Source of the DNA: Pseudomonadales bacterium
GTDB lineage: Bacteria > Pseudomonadota > Gammaproteobacteria > Pseudomonadales > UBA7434
Assembly: GCA_965263235.1 (NCBI GenBank)
Contig: OZ253667.1
Coordinates: forward strand, 1,617,796 to 1,681,795
Reading direction: 5' to 3'
DNA length: 64,000 nt
Every line of letters starts with the position of its first letter. Position 1 is the first letter of the stretch. The notes beneath the pieces are model-generated. The model made no database searches. It was not told the origin of the DNA and was given only the letters and a program-made list of their open reading frames with translations. The translations under genes and the position numbers were made by a program. Positions 38,814 to 47,373 of the stretch are shown piece by piece.

Positions 38814-39653
38814 CTATTCGGTGCTGTGCGTACTTCCGTCAGAATGAGCCAACTTCTCTGCATAGAATGCTTCCAGGTGTCGGGTGAGTACTCGTGAAGC
38901 TTTGCTCTGAGGCAGGTTTTTTGGTATCACCCGGCTGACATCAATCGCGGGATGAAAGGTGACAGTAAAATGCGGAGGGTTAGGAGGTATATGGTACCAA
39001 CGTTGGTTTCGTAGGAGTGTGGGAGGGCTGCAGGTCAGGGTGACCGGCGTAACAAGGCAGCTGACTTTAGCGTTTGCAAACAACGCCAGGTTAGCGGCAC
39101 CACGTTGAAATTTGAGCGCTTTATCTGGCTCAGAGCGAGTACCCTCCGGGAACAAAATAAGTGGATATTTGCTTACACTTTCCATAACTTCGTTAACTAA
39201 GTTTTTTGAGTCATTGCTTACGTACGCGGCGGCTTTTGCGGGAAGTCGCGTAAGCCAGTTTTTTAACAGGCTCCCTTTAATTACGCAGTCAGCATCAGGA
39301 ATAATTGATATTAAAAAGACGACGTCGAGCAGCGAAGGGTGATTAGCAATAACGATACTCGGTTTTTCAGGTATATACTCTTCGTGATTGATTTCATAAG
39401 TCATTACCCTAAGGGTTTGAAGGACTTTGAGAAACAGCTTAAACGCGCGCCTAATAGCATTTCGTGTTATTGCTATTTTTTTTTGGTGAGTGGCCGGATA
39501 AAGCAGGTAAAGGCCATTAATAAACGCTACAATAATTGCGCCGCCGACCGCAAAAATAAGAAAGGCAAAGCCTGTAGCAAACAACCGCCAGATGCGATAG
39601 CTGGTATTTTTGAGCTTGGCGTTAGCGCTGTTCAATGAGCTTGAATGGAGCAT
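38814..39653 (-). CDS. PlsC-type lysophospholipid acyltransferase
   Basis: N-terminal TM helices, NHPSLLD (HX4D) and FPEGTRS motifs. Confidence 0.8.
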   Translation of the reverse strand: MLHSSSLNSANAKLKNTSYRIWRLFATGFAFLIFAVGGAIIVAFINGLYLLYPATHQKKIAITRNAIRRAFKLFLKVLQTLRVMTYEINHEEYIPEKPSIVIANHPSLLDVVFLISIIPDADCVIKGSLLKNWLTRLPAKAAAYVSNDSKNLVNEVMESVSKYPLILFPEGTRSEPDKALKFQRGAANLALFANAKVSCLVTPVTLTCSPPTLLRNQRWYHIPPNPPHFTVTFHPAIDVSRVIPKNLPQSKASRVLTRHLEAFYAEKLAHSDGSTHSTE

Positions 39654-40600
39654 AGGCCATCAACTTCAACTTCAAGCTCTTTGCGGCAAATATCGCCACG
39701 CACAAATAGTGTAGGGACATTTGGATAGTGAAGATTAAGCATGCGCTGGGCGGCCGCAAGATTTTCAGTTTTTCGTACGTAGATCTTGAGGAGGTCAAGT
39801 GAGACAGTGGAGCCGATAGACTTTGCAGTATGCGAAACCAGCTGGTTAATGTTACTAATGGTAAGATCGAGTTGGGGTTCGAAGTCGCCGCTATGGATCG
39901 TTTTGTGCCCTCTGATACTCGCAGTCCCTGAAATATATACGTGAGAGCTACTAGCGGTTGCTCTAGCGAACGAGGGCGCTTTTGGTCCATACTGTCGGGG
40001 GTAATTAAATGCGCTAAGCTGTAGCGGATTTTCTATATTCTCGCCGCGGTGCTTTGAGGCCAAGAGATATATGATCATTGGCCCACCCGAGTGGCCAATT
40101 GCGCATGCGGAGGGGTAACTTTCGGAATAGTAGCGTTTGAACGCATTATATCGGCCCACGCAAAATTGTTTATATTTTTCCGCGTCGTCTTCGCCCTGGT
40201 TGATACCGGAAAAATAATTCCAGGCCCTTAATATAAAAGGGAATCCACGCATAGAAATGGTACTCAATAATTTTGAGTACGCACGACATGTTATGTCACT
40301 TAAACTTTCGCTGTCTGTGTGGACTTGCGTCGAGCAAATGAGTAAGTCATCGCTTTCACACCAGGACACTCCGTCGGATTCACCAGACTCTATGTGGCTT
40401 TCGCATCTCCATACTTCCGTTTGCTGGGTTTCTGAAAGTGATGGTAGGCCGGTATTAATGTGACGTTCGCCAGTCGCAAGCGACCAGGGGGCATCCTCAT
40501 ACGAAAATACCGCAAAGACATTTTTTTCTTTTAGCAATGAGTTGGGTGATTCCGTGGAATACTCGAAGCGGATATTCGCCATCAGTAGATAAAGCTCCAT
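39632..40600 (-). CDS. chorismatase (FkbO/Hyg5/XanB2 family; hydroxybenzoate-forming)
   Basis: FILRAWNYFSGIN, KYKQFCVGRYNAF, NPLQLSAFNYPRQYGPKAPSFARAT and VYISGTASIRGHKT resemble the XanB2/FkbO YjgF-like fold signatures as I recall them. The start is uncertain: 40600 (MELYLL), 40582 (MANIRFEY), or the ORF-track 40720, which would overlap the divergent gene. Confidence 0.65.
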   Translation of the reverse strand: MELYLLMANIRFEYSTESPNSLLKEKNVFAVFSYEDAPWSLATGERHINTGLPSLSETQQTEVWRCESHIESGESDGVSWCESDDLLICSTQVHTDSESLSDITCRAYSKLLSTISMRGFPFILRAWNYFSGINQGEDDAEKYKQFCVGRYNAFKRYYSESYPSACAIGHSGGPMIIYLLASKHRGENIENPLQLSAFNYPRQYGPKAPSFARATASSSHVYISGTASIRGHKTIHSGDFEPQLDLTISNINQLVSHTAKSIGSTVSLDLLKIYVRKTENLAAAQRMLNLHYPNVPTLFVRGDICRKELEVEVDGLCSIQAH

Positions 40601-40706
40601 TATTTTTGGCGCGCATTCTAGCACAAAAGATGGTAGAGTCTGCGCCAGAATTAAGCTCTGGTAACGGGGCCGTTCAATGGTGTAATTAAGATATAGGATA
40701 TGACGA

Positions 40707-41465
40707 ATGTCACCAGGCAAACATGATGTAAAAACAGGGCTGGCTCCTCACCCCGTTTTGTCCGATTATTATACTCACGCGGAAGATCGTCGTGAGCGTG
40801 TCGACACAATGTTTGATAGTTCAGCTGAGCATTATGATTGGATATGCCGCATGATGAGCTTTGGATCGGGTGACAGCTACCGGCGCCAGGCGTTGGTTCG
40901 CCAGGGTTTAGAACAAGGCATGAGCGTTCTTGACGTCGGCGCAGGTACAGGCGTTGTCTCATTTCTAGCTCAAGAAATAGTGTCAGAAAGCGGGTTTGTG
41001 GTAGCGCTGGATCCAAGTAAAGGGATGTTATCGGAGGCGAGAAAATTAGGGGTAAAACGATTATCGATGGGCCTGGGTGAGGCGCTGCCTTTCGCCGACA
41101 ATTCCTTCGATATACTTACCATGGGCTTTGCGTTGCGTCATGTGGCCGATCTCGAAGAGGCCTTTGCAGAATATCGGCGTGTTTTAAAACCGGGTGGAAA
41201 AGTAGTGGTGCTTGAAATAAGCCGACCTGCAAGTCCACTTGCTACGTTCTTTCTCAAAATTTATATGAAAGGCATTGTCCCGACAATCACCCGTATTTTT
41301 CGCCGTAGCTCAGCCGCAGAAGAACTCATGCGGTATTATTGGGACACGATTGAACATTGTGTTCCGCCTTCCAGTATTGTTTCAGCGTTAGATGCTGTAG
41401 GATTTACGCAGCCAGGTCGTCACGTGGTGATGGGTATGTTTAGTGAGTATACAGGTATAAAATAA
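40707..41465 (+). CDS. class I SAM-dependent methyltransferase (UbiE/MenG-like; ApeB-like)
   Basis: VLDVGAGTGVVS (motif I), LPFADNSFD, LKPGGKVVVLE. Confidence 0.85.
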   Translation: MSPGKHDVKTGLAPHPVLSDYYTHAEDRRERVDTMFDSSAEHYDWICRMMSFGSGDSYRRQALVRQGLEQGMSVLDVGAGTGVVSFLAQEIVSESGFVVALDPSKGMLSEARKLGVKRLSMGLGEALPFADNSFDILTMGFALRHVADLEEAFAEYRRVLKPGGKVVVLEISRPASPLATFFLKIYMKGIVPTITRIFRRSSAAEELMRYYWDTIEHCVPPSSIVSALDAVGFTQPGRHVVMGMFSEYTGIK

Positions 41466-41495
41466 GGTTTCGAAACGGTTATTTTCGAGAGTAGG

Positions 41496-41774
41496 ATGAT
41501 GTTCAATCAAAGTGACAAAGAGAAAGAACTCGCAAAGATTCTTGTGGCAGCTCTGGATTTAGAAGATCTAGAAACAGAAGAGATTAACCCAAAGGCACCC
41601 TTGTTTGGCTTTGACAGTCCGGACAGTCTTGGCTTAGATTCTATCGACGCTCTGGAAATCTCTCTTGCTATTGCTAAGAATTATAATGTCCACATCAAAG
41701 CAGATGATGAAAATAATAAAGCAATTTTTGCGAGCTTAGGTTCTCTTGTGGAGCATATTGAGGCCAATAGCTAG
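41496..41774 (+). CDS. acyl carrier protein
   Basis: 92 aa and acidic, with LGLDSIDALEISLAI. Confidence 0.85.
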   Translation: MMFNQSDKEKELAKILVAALDLEDLETEEINPKAPLFGFDSPDSLGLDSIDALEISLAIAKNYNVHIKADDENNKAIFASLGSLVEHIEANS

Positions 41775-41785
41775 GATTTTAAGGC

Positions 41786-42409
41786 GTGAGTTCATTGCTT
41801 ACGATTGTCTGTACTCTTAGTTATCCACTGCTTGTTCATTTAGCGATAATTAGAAGCGAGCCTGTATTGTTACTTTTAGCAATCATATTGCTGATTTTTG
41901 GGCTTTTACTGTTTCGCTTAAAAGCAGGTGCCATCGACGCCTGGCTGATTTTTATAGCAGTGTTAATATCAGCTGGTGTCACATATCATTTCAGTTTACT
42001 ACTCTATGTGTCATTTGCTCCCCCGGTCGTTTTACCTTTACTCTTATTCTATATTTTTGGTAGAACGCTTTTGCGTGGAGAGACCCCTTTAGTCACGAGG
42101 ATAGGACAAGAAGCACGAGGACCACTTGGCAGCCCCCTGGAACGTTACACGCGTCGGGTAACTCAGTTGTGGACGTGCTTTTTTCTATTTTCGGCTGTGT
42201 TTTCTTTATGCCTCGCTATATTTGCATCCGCGTATCTGTGGTCTATCTATACCAACTTTATTAGCTATATCTTAACAGCAATACTTTTTGCTGGGGAATT
42301 CGTATGGCGAAAAACTAAGTTTCAGCAACACGATCACCCCAGTTTTATTGACTACGTAAAAATTGTAGTTCGATCACAGATGAAGAAAAGGGATGAATAC
42401 CAGCACTGA
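41786..42409 (+). CDS. integral membrane protein of unknown function
   Basis: 207 aa with about 5 hydrophobic helices. GTG start. Overlaps the ligase gene by 17 nt. Confidence 0.5.
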   Translation: MSSLLTIVCTLSYPLLVHLAIIRSEPVLLLLAIILLIFGLLLFRLKAGAIDAWLIFIAVLISAGVTYHFSLLLYVSFAPPVVLPLLLFYIFGRTLLRGETPLVTRIGQEARGPLGSPLERYTRRVTQLWTCFFLFSAVFSLCLAIFASAYLWSIYTNFISYILTAILFAGEFVWRKTKFQQHDHPSFIDYVKIVVRSQMKKRDEYQH

Positions 42410-43712
42410 ATTAATAGCTGATTACAACCCGCACGCTGCTTTTATTTATAGAGATCATTGGGTGGTAACGCAGGAGCAGTTCCTTTCCGAGGCGTATCGG
42501 TTAGCCCACAAATTGCCTGAGGGCGTACTATTAATAAACTTTTGCCATGATCGCTATTATTTTGCCTTGGCGTTTGCAGCGGCTCTTATAAAAGGCTCTA
42601 CAAGTTTACTGCTACCCAACAGGCAGAGCGGAACATTAGCAGAGGTTCTATTGGAATTCCCCAATAGTATTTGTGTTTTAGATCACGATGAATCCCCTGC
42701 GGTCGACAGCCTGGATGTTAGGGTTGATTACTCAGATTTAGAACCAGTAAAGTATGCGCCAGAGCTTCCCTATATTAAAGATGACCTGGTTGCAGCGATA
42801 GCGCTCACATCCGGAAGCACAGGAAAACCTAAAGCGTTAGAAAAACCATGGAGTACTCTAGCAGGCACGGCCCGGCGCCTGGGACGAAGGTTTGACACTT
42901 CAGGGTCGTCCTATTGTATTTCGGCAACCGTACCCTCTCAACATATGTATGGCCTGGAGATGACAGTACTAATGGCCCTTCAGGCAGGGTGCTCTCTAAA
43001 TTGTGCTCATCCTTTTTTCCCAAAGGATATTCTAACTTCGCTATGTGCTACCCCAGAACCCCGATTATTCGTCAGCACGCCCGTCCACCTTCGGGTACTA
43101 CAGGAAAGTGGGCTTGAACCATGTCGTGTTAGTAAAATTGTTTCTGCGACCGCCCCCTTATCAACAGAGCTAGCGACCAAGACAGAGCTTTTTTTTGGCG
43201 GGCGATTGGATGAGATATATGGTTTTACCGAGGCAGGCAGTGTGGCAACTCGCAGACCCTCCGATACCCTGGTCTGGCAATTGCTCGACAATATGTCTAT
43301 TCGGGAGGTGAAAGGTTCCATCGCCGTAGAGGGGCAGCACCTGAAGAATGCGCAAACGGTGACGGATGTTGTTGAGCTCATAGACGACAGGACATTTTGC
43401 TTACTAGGCAGATCTAATGATATGTTGAATATAGCGGGCAAACGCAGCTCTTTGGTCGAACTAAACTTAAAGCTTCTTGGGGTGACGGGAGTTGAAGATG
43501 GGATTGTTTTTTTAACTGAATCTGAGGGCGAGCGTCCTGTTGCGCTCGTGGTTACAAGGCGTACCGTGCATGACATTAGCCAGGAGCTCGCGAATAGCAT
43601 CGATCCAGTGTTTTTACCAAGACCGATAAAAAAAGTATCCCATCTGCCTCGAAATAGTACAGGAAAGATACCAAGCAAATCTCTGAATGAATTATGGATG
43701 GAACTTGAATGA
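42393..43712 (+). CDS. AMP-dependent aryl/acyl-ACP ligase (adenylate-forming; ApeH/XanA2-like)
   Basis: LTSGSTGKPK (A3), YGFTEAG (A5), and a C-terminal STGKIPSK Lys. Confidence 0.8.
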   Translation: MNTSTELIADYNPHAAFIYRDHWVVTQEQFLSEAYRLAHKLPEGVLLINFCHDRYYFALAFAAALIKGSTSLLLPNRQSGTLAEVLLEFPNSICVLDHDESPAVDSLDVRVDYSDLEPVKYAPELPYIKDDLVAAIALTSGSTGKPKALEKPWSTLAGTARRLGRRFDTSGSSYCISATVPSQHMYGLEMTVLMALQAGCSLNCAHPFFPKDILTSLCATPEPRLFVSTPVHLRVLQESGLEPCRVSKIVSATAPLSTELATKTELFFGGRLDEIYGFTEAGSVATRRPSDTLVWQLLDNMSIREVKGSIAVEGQHLKNAQTVTDVVELIDDRTFCLLGRSNDMLNIAGKRSSLVELNLKLLGVTGVEDGIVFLTESEGERPVALVVTRRTVHDISQELANSIDPVFLPRPIKKVSHLPRNSTGKIPSKSLNELWMELE

Positions 43713-44002
43713 TGGCATCTATTAAAATTGATGTGCCGGAGTACCATCCCTGTTATGCACACCATTTTCCCGATGGAGCGTTAGTGCCCGGAGCATTATT
43801 ACTGAGTTGGATTGCTAAAAAAATGAGGGGCGAACAGCTTGAACTTACTGGTGTAAAAACGCTTAAATTTCTGCGTCCGGTTGAACCTGGCCAACAGTGC
43901 GTTTTGAAATTAGACCATCGGGACACAACTGCAAAAATCAGCTTAACCACATCTGGCAAAGTGGTTCTTAAAGGTAGTGTGACTATAAAATATGTCAACT
44001 AA
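43709..44002 (+). CDS. small hotdog-fold dehydratase-like protein
   Basis: 97 aa with HHFPDGALVPGALLLSWI. ATGA overlap with the ligase gene. Confidence 0.55.
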   Translation: MMASIKIDVPEYHPCYAHHFPDGALVPGALLLSWIAKKMRGEQLELTGVKTLKFLRPVEPGQQCVLKLDHRDTTAKISLTTSGKVVLKGSVTIKYVN

Positions 44003-44906
44003 TGAACCACACTGGTCAGAACAACGAGAGCGGGCCAGTTTGTTCTGGATACAGCTACTAGCCTGGATCAGTTTGAATTTAGGACGACGATTTGTACGTA
44101 TATTATTGTTTCCTATAAGTTTGTTTTACCTTGTTTTCGCGCGCGATGCTGTTGCTCATTCAAAAAGTTATCTGGAAAGAATTCAACCCCAGAAAAGCGG
44201 TTGGCTGAATACCTGGCGCCATATATATACTTTTGCCTGTGTTTCTGTTGATCGCTTTTATATAGCTGCTGGCCGAGGCGATATTTTTTCAATTTCGGTG
44301 GAGGGGGAAGAATTATTGCAAAGGTTTGCCGAAGAAAAGCGTGGTTGCTTAATCCTGGTCTCTCATGCCGGTAGTTTTGAAGTGCTTAAGCAAAGAGGAA
44401 GCAATATCGACGCTGAGTTTTATGTATTGATGGACGTTCAACATAATTCCGCAGCAATGCAGGTACTAGAACGGATAAATCCGGAAATGAGCAAGCGTAT
44501 TATCGACTCACGTCTTAATCCAGCGGCTTTGGCTCTTAAATTAAAGGAGCATTTGCTAGCTGGCCATATGGTAGGCATTATGGCTGATCGTGCTGCTGAG
44601 TTTGAGAAGCAGGTAAGTTGTGATTTTTTAGGAGGTAGGGCAGATTTCCCGACCGGGCCATGGTCATTGGCATACGTGTTGAAAGTTCCGGTTGTAATGC
44701 TAACGGGGTTTTTTATGGGTAAAAACCAGTATCGTGTCAAAAGTCAGCTTCTTGCGGATCGTGTTTTGTTGCCACGAGCAAATAGAGAGCACGCGTTAAA
44801 ATCATATATAACACAGTACAGCGAAGCCCTGGAGGAAGAGTTAAGACTGGCTCCTTATAACTGGTTTAATTTCTACGAATTTTGGAATAGCGATGGCTCT
44901 GAGTAA
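43992..44906 (+). CDS. LpxL/HtrB-like (lipid A-type late) acyltransferase (ApeD-like)
   Basis: 304 aa. N-terminal membrane anchor (LFWIQLLAWISL), an H-x4-D/E-like VSHAGSFE, and size and layout of the LPLAT/LpxL family. Confidence 0.6.
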   Translation: MSTNEPHWSEQRERASLFWIQLLAWISLNLGRRFVRILLFPISLFYLVFARDAVAHSKSYLERIQPQKSGWLNTWRHIYTFACVSVDRFYIAAGRGDIFSISVEGEELLQRFAEEKRGCLILVSHAGSFEVLKQRGSNIDAEFYVLMDVQHNSAAMQVLERINPEMSKRIIDSRLNPAALALKLKEHLLAGHMVGIMADRAAEFEKQVSCDFLGGRADFPTGPWSLAYVLKVPVVMLTGFFMGKNQYRVKSQLLADRVLLPRANREHALKSYITQYSEALEEELRLAPYNWFNFYEFWNSDGSE

Positions 44907-46104
44907 GATTAGACCTCTAAGTATTTCTGCCACAACATTAGTAAGTAGCCTCGGTCATGGGCTAGATACTAACTGGCGGCAGCTACAAGAAGGTAACAGT
45001 GGTTTAGCTCCCTGTACTTTTCCGGGCGCGGAAAATTTGAAAACCTGGACAGGGGAGATATCAGGTCTTGACAGTATTAAGCTTCCTAAATCATTTAGCC
45101 ACTATGATTGCCGCAATAATCGCCTGTCCGCACTAGCACTAAAACAGGATGGCTTTCTGGAAGCCATTGCAAGATCAAAAGAAAAATATGGTACTAATCG
45201 GATTGGTGTTTTTATTGGTACCAGTACTTCCGGTATCCAGCAGACCGAATTAGCCTATAAAGAATGGCGCAAAAATCAAATGCAGGGCAAATTGCCCGAT
45301 TGGTATGAGTACCCGTCAACACACTGTGTTAGCTCTGTTAGCGAGTTTGTACGTGAATCGCTAGAGCTTGATGGTGTCTTTAATACCATATCCACTGCAT
45401 GCTCATCTAGTGCCAAGGTTTTTGCGTCAGCTCACCGATCCATCAGTGCGGGCATGTGTGATGCGGCAATTGTGGGTGGGGTAGACAGCTTGTGTCTAAC
45501 AACTTTGCACGGGTTTCACTCGTTACAACTTACGTCGGAAGAAGTGTGTCGCCCCTCCGATCGATCAAGAGATGGTATATCTATTGGCGAAGCCGCTGGA
45601 TTCGCTTTTCTTGAAGCTCCGGATGATAGCGTGTCCGGAGTGGGATTATTAGGATACGGCGAAAGCGGCGACGCCTATCATATGTCTAGCCCTCACCCTG
45701 ATGGTTTGGGTGCAGCAATTGCGATGCAAGATGCTTTATCCCGAGCCGGTTTGAAGCCTGGCCATGTAGATTATATTAATCTACATGGCACGGGAACTCA
45801 GGCGAATGACCTGGCAGAAGGTAAAGCAGTGCATCAAGTCGTTGGAGACCTGGTGCACTGCAGTTCGACGAAAGGCTGGACAGGCCATACACTGGGCGCC
45901 GCAGGAGCGGTGGAAGCTATTATTTCAGTACTTTGCGTAAGTAATAACTGGCTACCACAGAGTTTAAATACGAATGAAATTGATGGTGATATACCCACAA
46001 ATGTACTGCTGACCCCCTTAACAAAAGAAGTCAATTTGGTATTGAGTAACTCCTTTGGCTTTGGTGGAAGTAACTGTAGCCTGGCCATTGGTGAAATCAA
46101 ATGA
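44893..46104 (+). CDS. beta-ketoacyl-ACP synthase (ApeO-like elongating KS)
   Basis: STACSSSAKV (Cys), LHGTGTQANDLAE (His), GWTGHTLGAAGAVEA (His), SNSFGFGGSNCSLAI. Confidence 0.9.
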   Translation: MALSKIRPLSISATTLVSSLGHGLDTNWRQLQEGNSGLAPCTFPGAENLKTWTGEISGLDSIKLPKSFSHYDCRNNRLSALALKQDGFLEAIARSKEKYGTNRIGVFIGTSTSGIQQTELAYKEWRKNQMQGKLPDWYEYPSTHCVSSVSEFVRESLELDGVFNTISTACSSSAKVFASAHRSISAGMCDAAIVGGVDSLCLTTLHGFHSLQLTSEEVCRPSDRSRDGISIGEAAGFAFLEAPDDSVSGVGLLGYGESGDAYHMSSPHPDGLGAAIAMQDALSRAGLKPGHVDYINLHGTGTQANDLAEGKAVHQVVGDLVHCSSTKGWTGHTLGAAGAVEAIISVLCVSNNWLPQSLNTNEIDGDIPTNVLLTPLTKEVNLVLSNSFGFGGSNCSLAIGEIK

Positions 46105-46907
46105 CCCGTATATACATAGAAGCGATTGGCTTGGTGGCACCAGGAATGACTGGCTGGAAGGAGGGAAGAGCTGTGCTTCGTTGTGAATCTCCCTATGTCG
46201 ATAGAGAGCTAGAGCGTTATAAGCCAAGTTTTCTTCCACCCAATGAGCGTAGAAGAGCAACCAGCCTGGTTCGTTTGGCATTTCATGCTTGTGAAGACGC
46301 GATTGAACAAATACCTACCAGGGACCTCAGTCAAATGGGCAGTGTTTTCTGTTCATCGGGAGGCGATCATCAAATTATTGACCAGATATGTCGAGTAGTA
46401 ACTGAACCTAACCCTATGGTATCTCCGACACAGTTTCATAATTCGGTACATAATTCTGCGTTAGGCTATTGGGGAATTGCCACAAAATCTCGAAAACCCT
46501 CAACAAGTCTCGCTACCGGAAAATATACGTTTGCTGCGGGGTTAATGGAAGCCTTTACCATGGTGGTTACAGAGCAACTGAACACATTATTTGTTTGCTA
46601 CGAGACGTTTCCTCCGGAACCTTTGTGCTATGAAAGTGACATAACAAAATCATTTGCAAGCGCTTATGTTCTAGCTAAAGAAAAAACCGCGGACAGTATT
46701 GCTTCAATTGAGATTAAAGCGGGTACTCTGAGCGAAAAAAAGGAAACTTTATGCGCAAACAAAGCGCTCGAAACTCTTCGTGTATCGAGTGCAGCGTCAT
46801 TAGCGCTTCCAGTATTAGAAAAGCTGGCAAACCAGGAAGAAGGTAACGTTATAATGCAATTAAATGCGAAGCAACAGTTAGCGATCAATATCAAGCCGTG
46901 TTACTAG
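46101..46907 (+). CDS. KS-like chain-length-factor protein (ApeC-like, no catalytic triad)
   Basis: 268 aa with ATGA overlap onto the KS gene. It shows thiolase-fold-like segments (NSVHNSALGYWGIA) but no Cys-His-His contexts. Confidence 0.65.
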   Translation: MTRIYIEAIGLVAPGMTGWKEGRAVLRCESPYVDRELERYKPSFLPPNERRRATSLVRLAFHACEDAIEQIPTRDLSQMGSVFCSSGGDHQIIDQICRVVTEPNPMVSPTQFHNSVHNSALGYWGIATKSRKPSTSLATGKYTFAAGLMEAFTMVVTEQLNTLFVCYETFPPEPLCYESDITKSFASAYVLAKEKTADSIASIEIKAGTLSEKKETLCANKALETLRVSSAASLALPVLEKLANQEEGNVIMQLNAKQQLAINIKPCY

Positions 46908-47323
46908 ATCAAAAAGAAATTGCTGCTTTAATTCCTCACGGGGAAGGAATGTCATTACTGGATTCAGTTGAGTTCTGGGATGAGAAATCGATACGATGTC
47001 GCACGGCTTCCCATAATCGAGAGAGCAATCCTTTGCGTGATTGCACAAACCTGGATAGCTATCTACTGATCGAATATGGCGCGCAAGCAGCCGCTGTACA
47101 TGCTGGCTTGATACGATCGCAATTAGGCAGCGTTAGTGCCGCGTATCTGGGAGCGGTAAAATCGCTTAACCTTCTAAGCGATACAGTTCCATTGGTGGAC
47201 GAGCTAGTTGTTGAAGCGAAGCCCGCAGTGCAAAGTGAGGGGGGGGCAATTTATTGTTTTAGTGTGACAGCTGGCGATAGTTTGCTGGCCGAAGGCAGGT
47301 TAACGTTAGTACAACCCGCATAG
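46898..47323 (+). CDS. hotdog-fold dehydratase-like protein
   Basis: 141 aa with IPHGEGMSLLDSV and LIEYGAQAAAVHAGL. Overlaps the CLF gene by 10 nt. Confidence 0.6.
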   Translation: MLLDQKEIAALIPHGEGMSLLDSVEFWDEKSIRCRTASHNRESNPLRDCTNLDSYLLIEYGAQAAAVHAGLIRSQLGSVSAAYLGAVKSLNLLSDTVPLVDELVVEAKPAVQSEGGAIYCFSVTAGDSLLAEGRLTLVQPA

Positions 47324-47373
47324 AGTAAGAGAGTAGCTTGAAGCAAAAACCAAAATGAGTTTAAGGAGTTAAT

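Noticed and set aside
43007-43765. 252-aa ORF on the minus strand inside the AMP-ligase gene. Similar long antisense ORFs occur elsewhere, e.g. 2704-3108, 39622-39990, 51834-52232, 55180-55617 and 59949-60407.
   Set aside because: Each lies antisense to a gene with strong, recognisable family motifs. Their translations are low-complexity (Ser/Arg/Pro-rich), have no motifs, and show no plausible RBS context. They are shadow ORFs.
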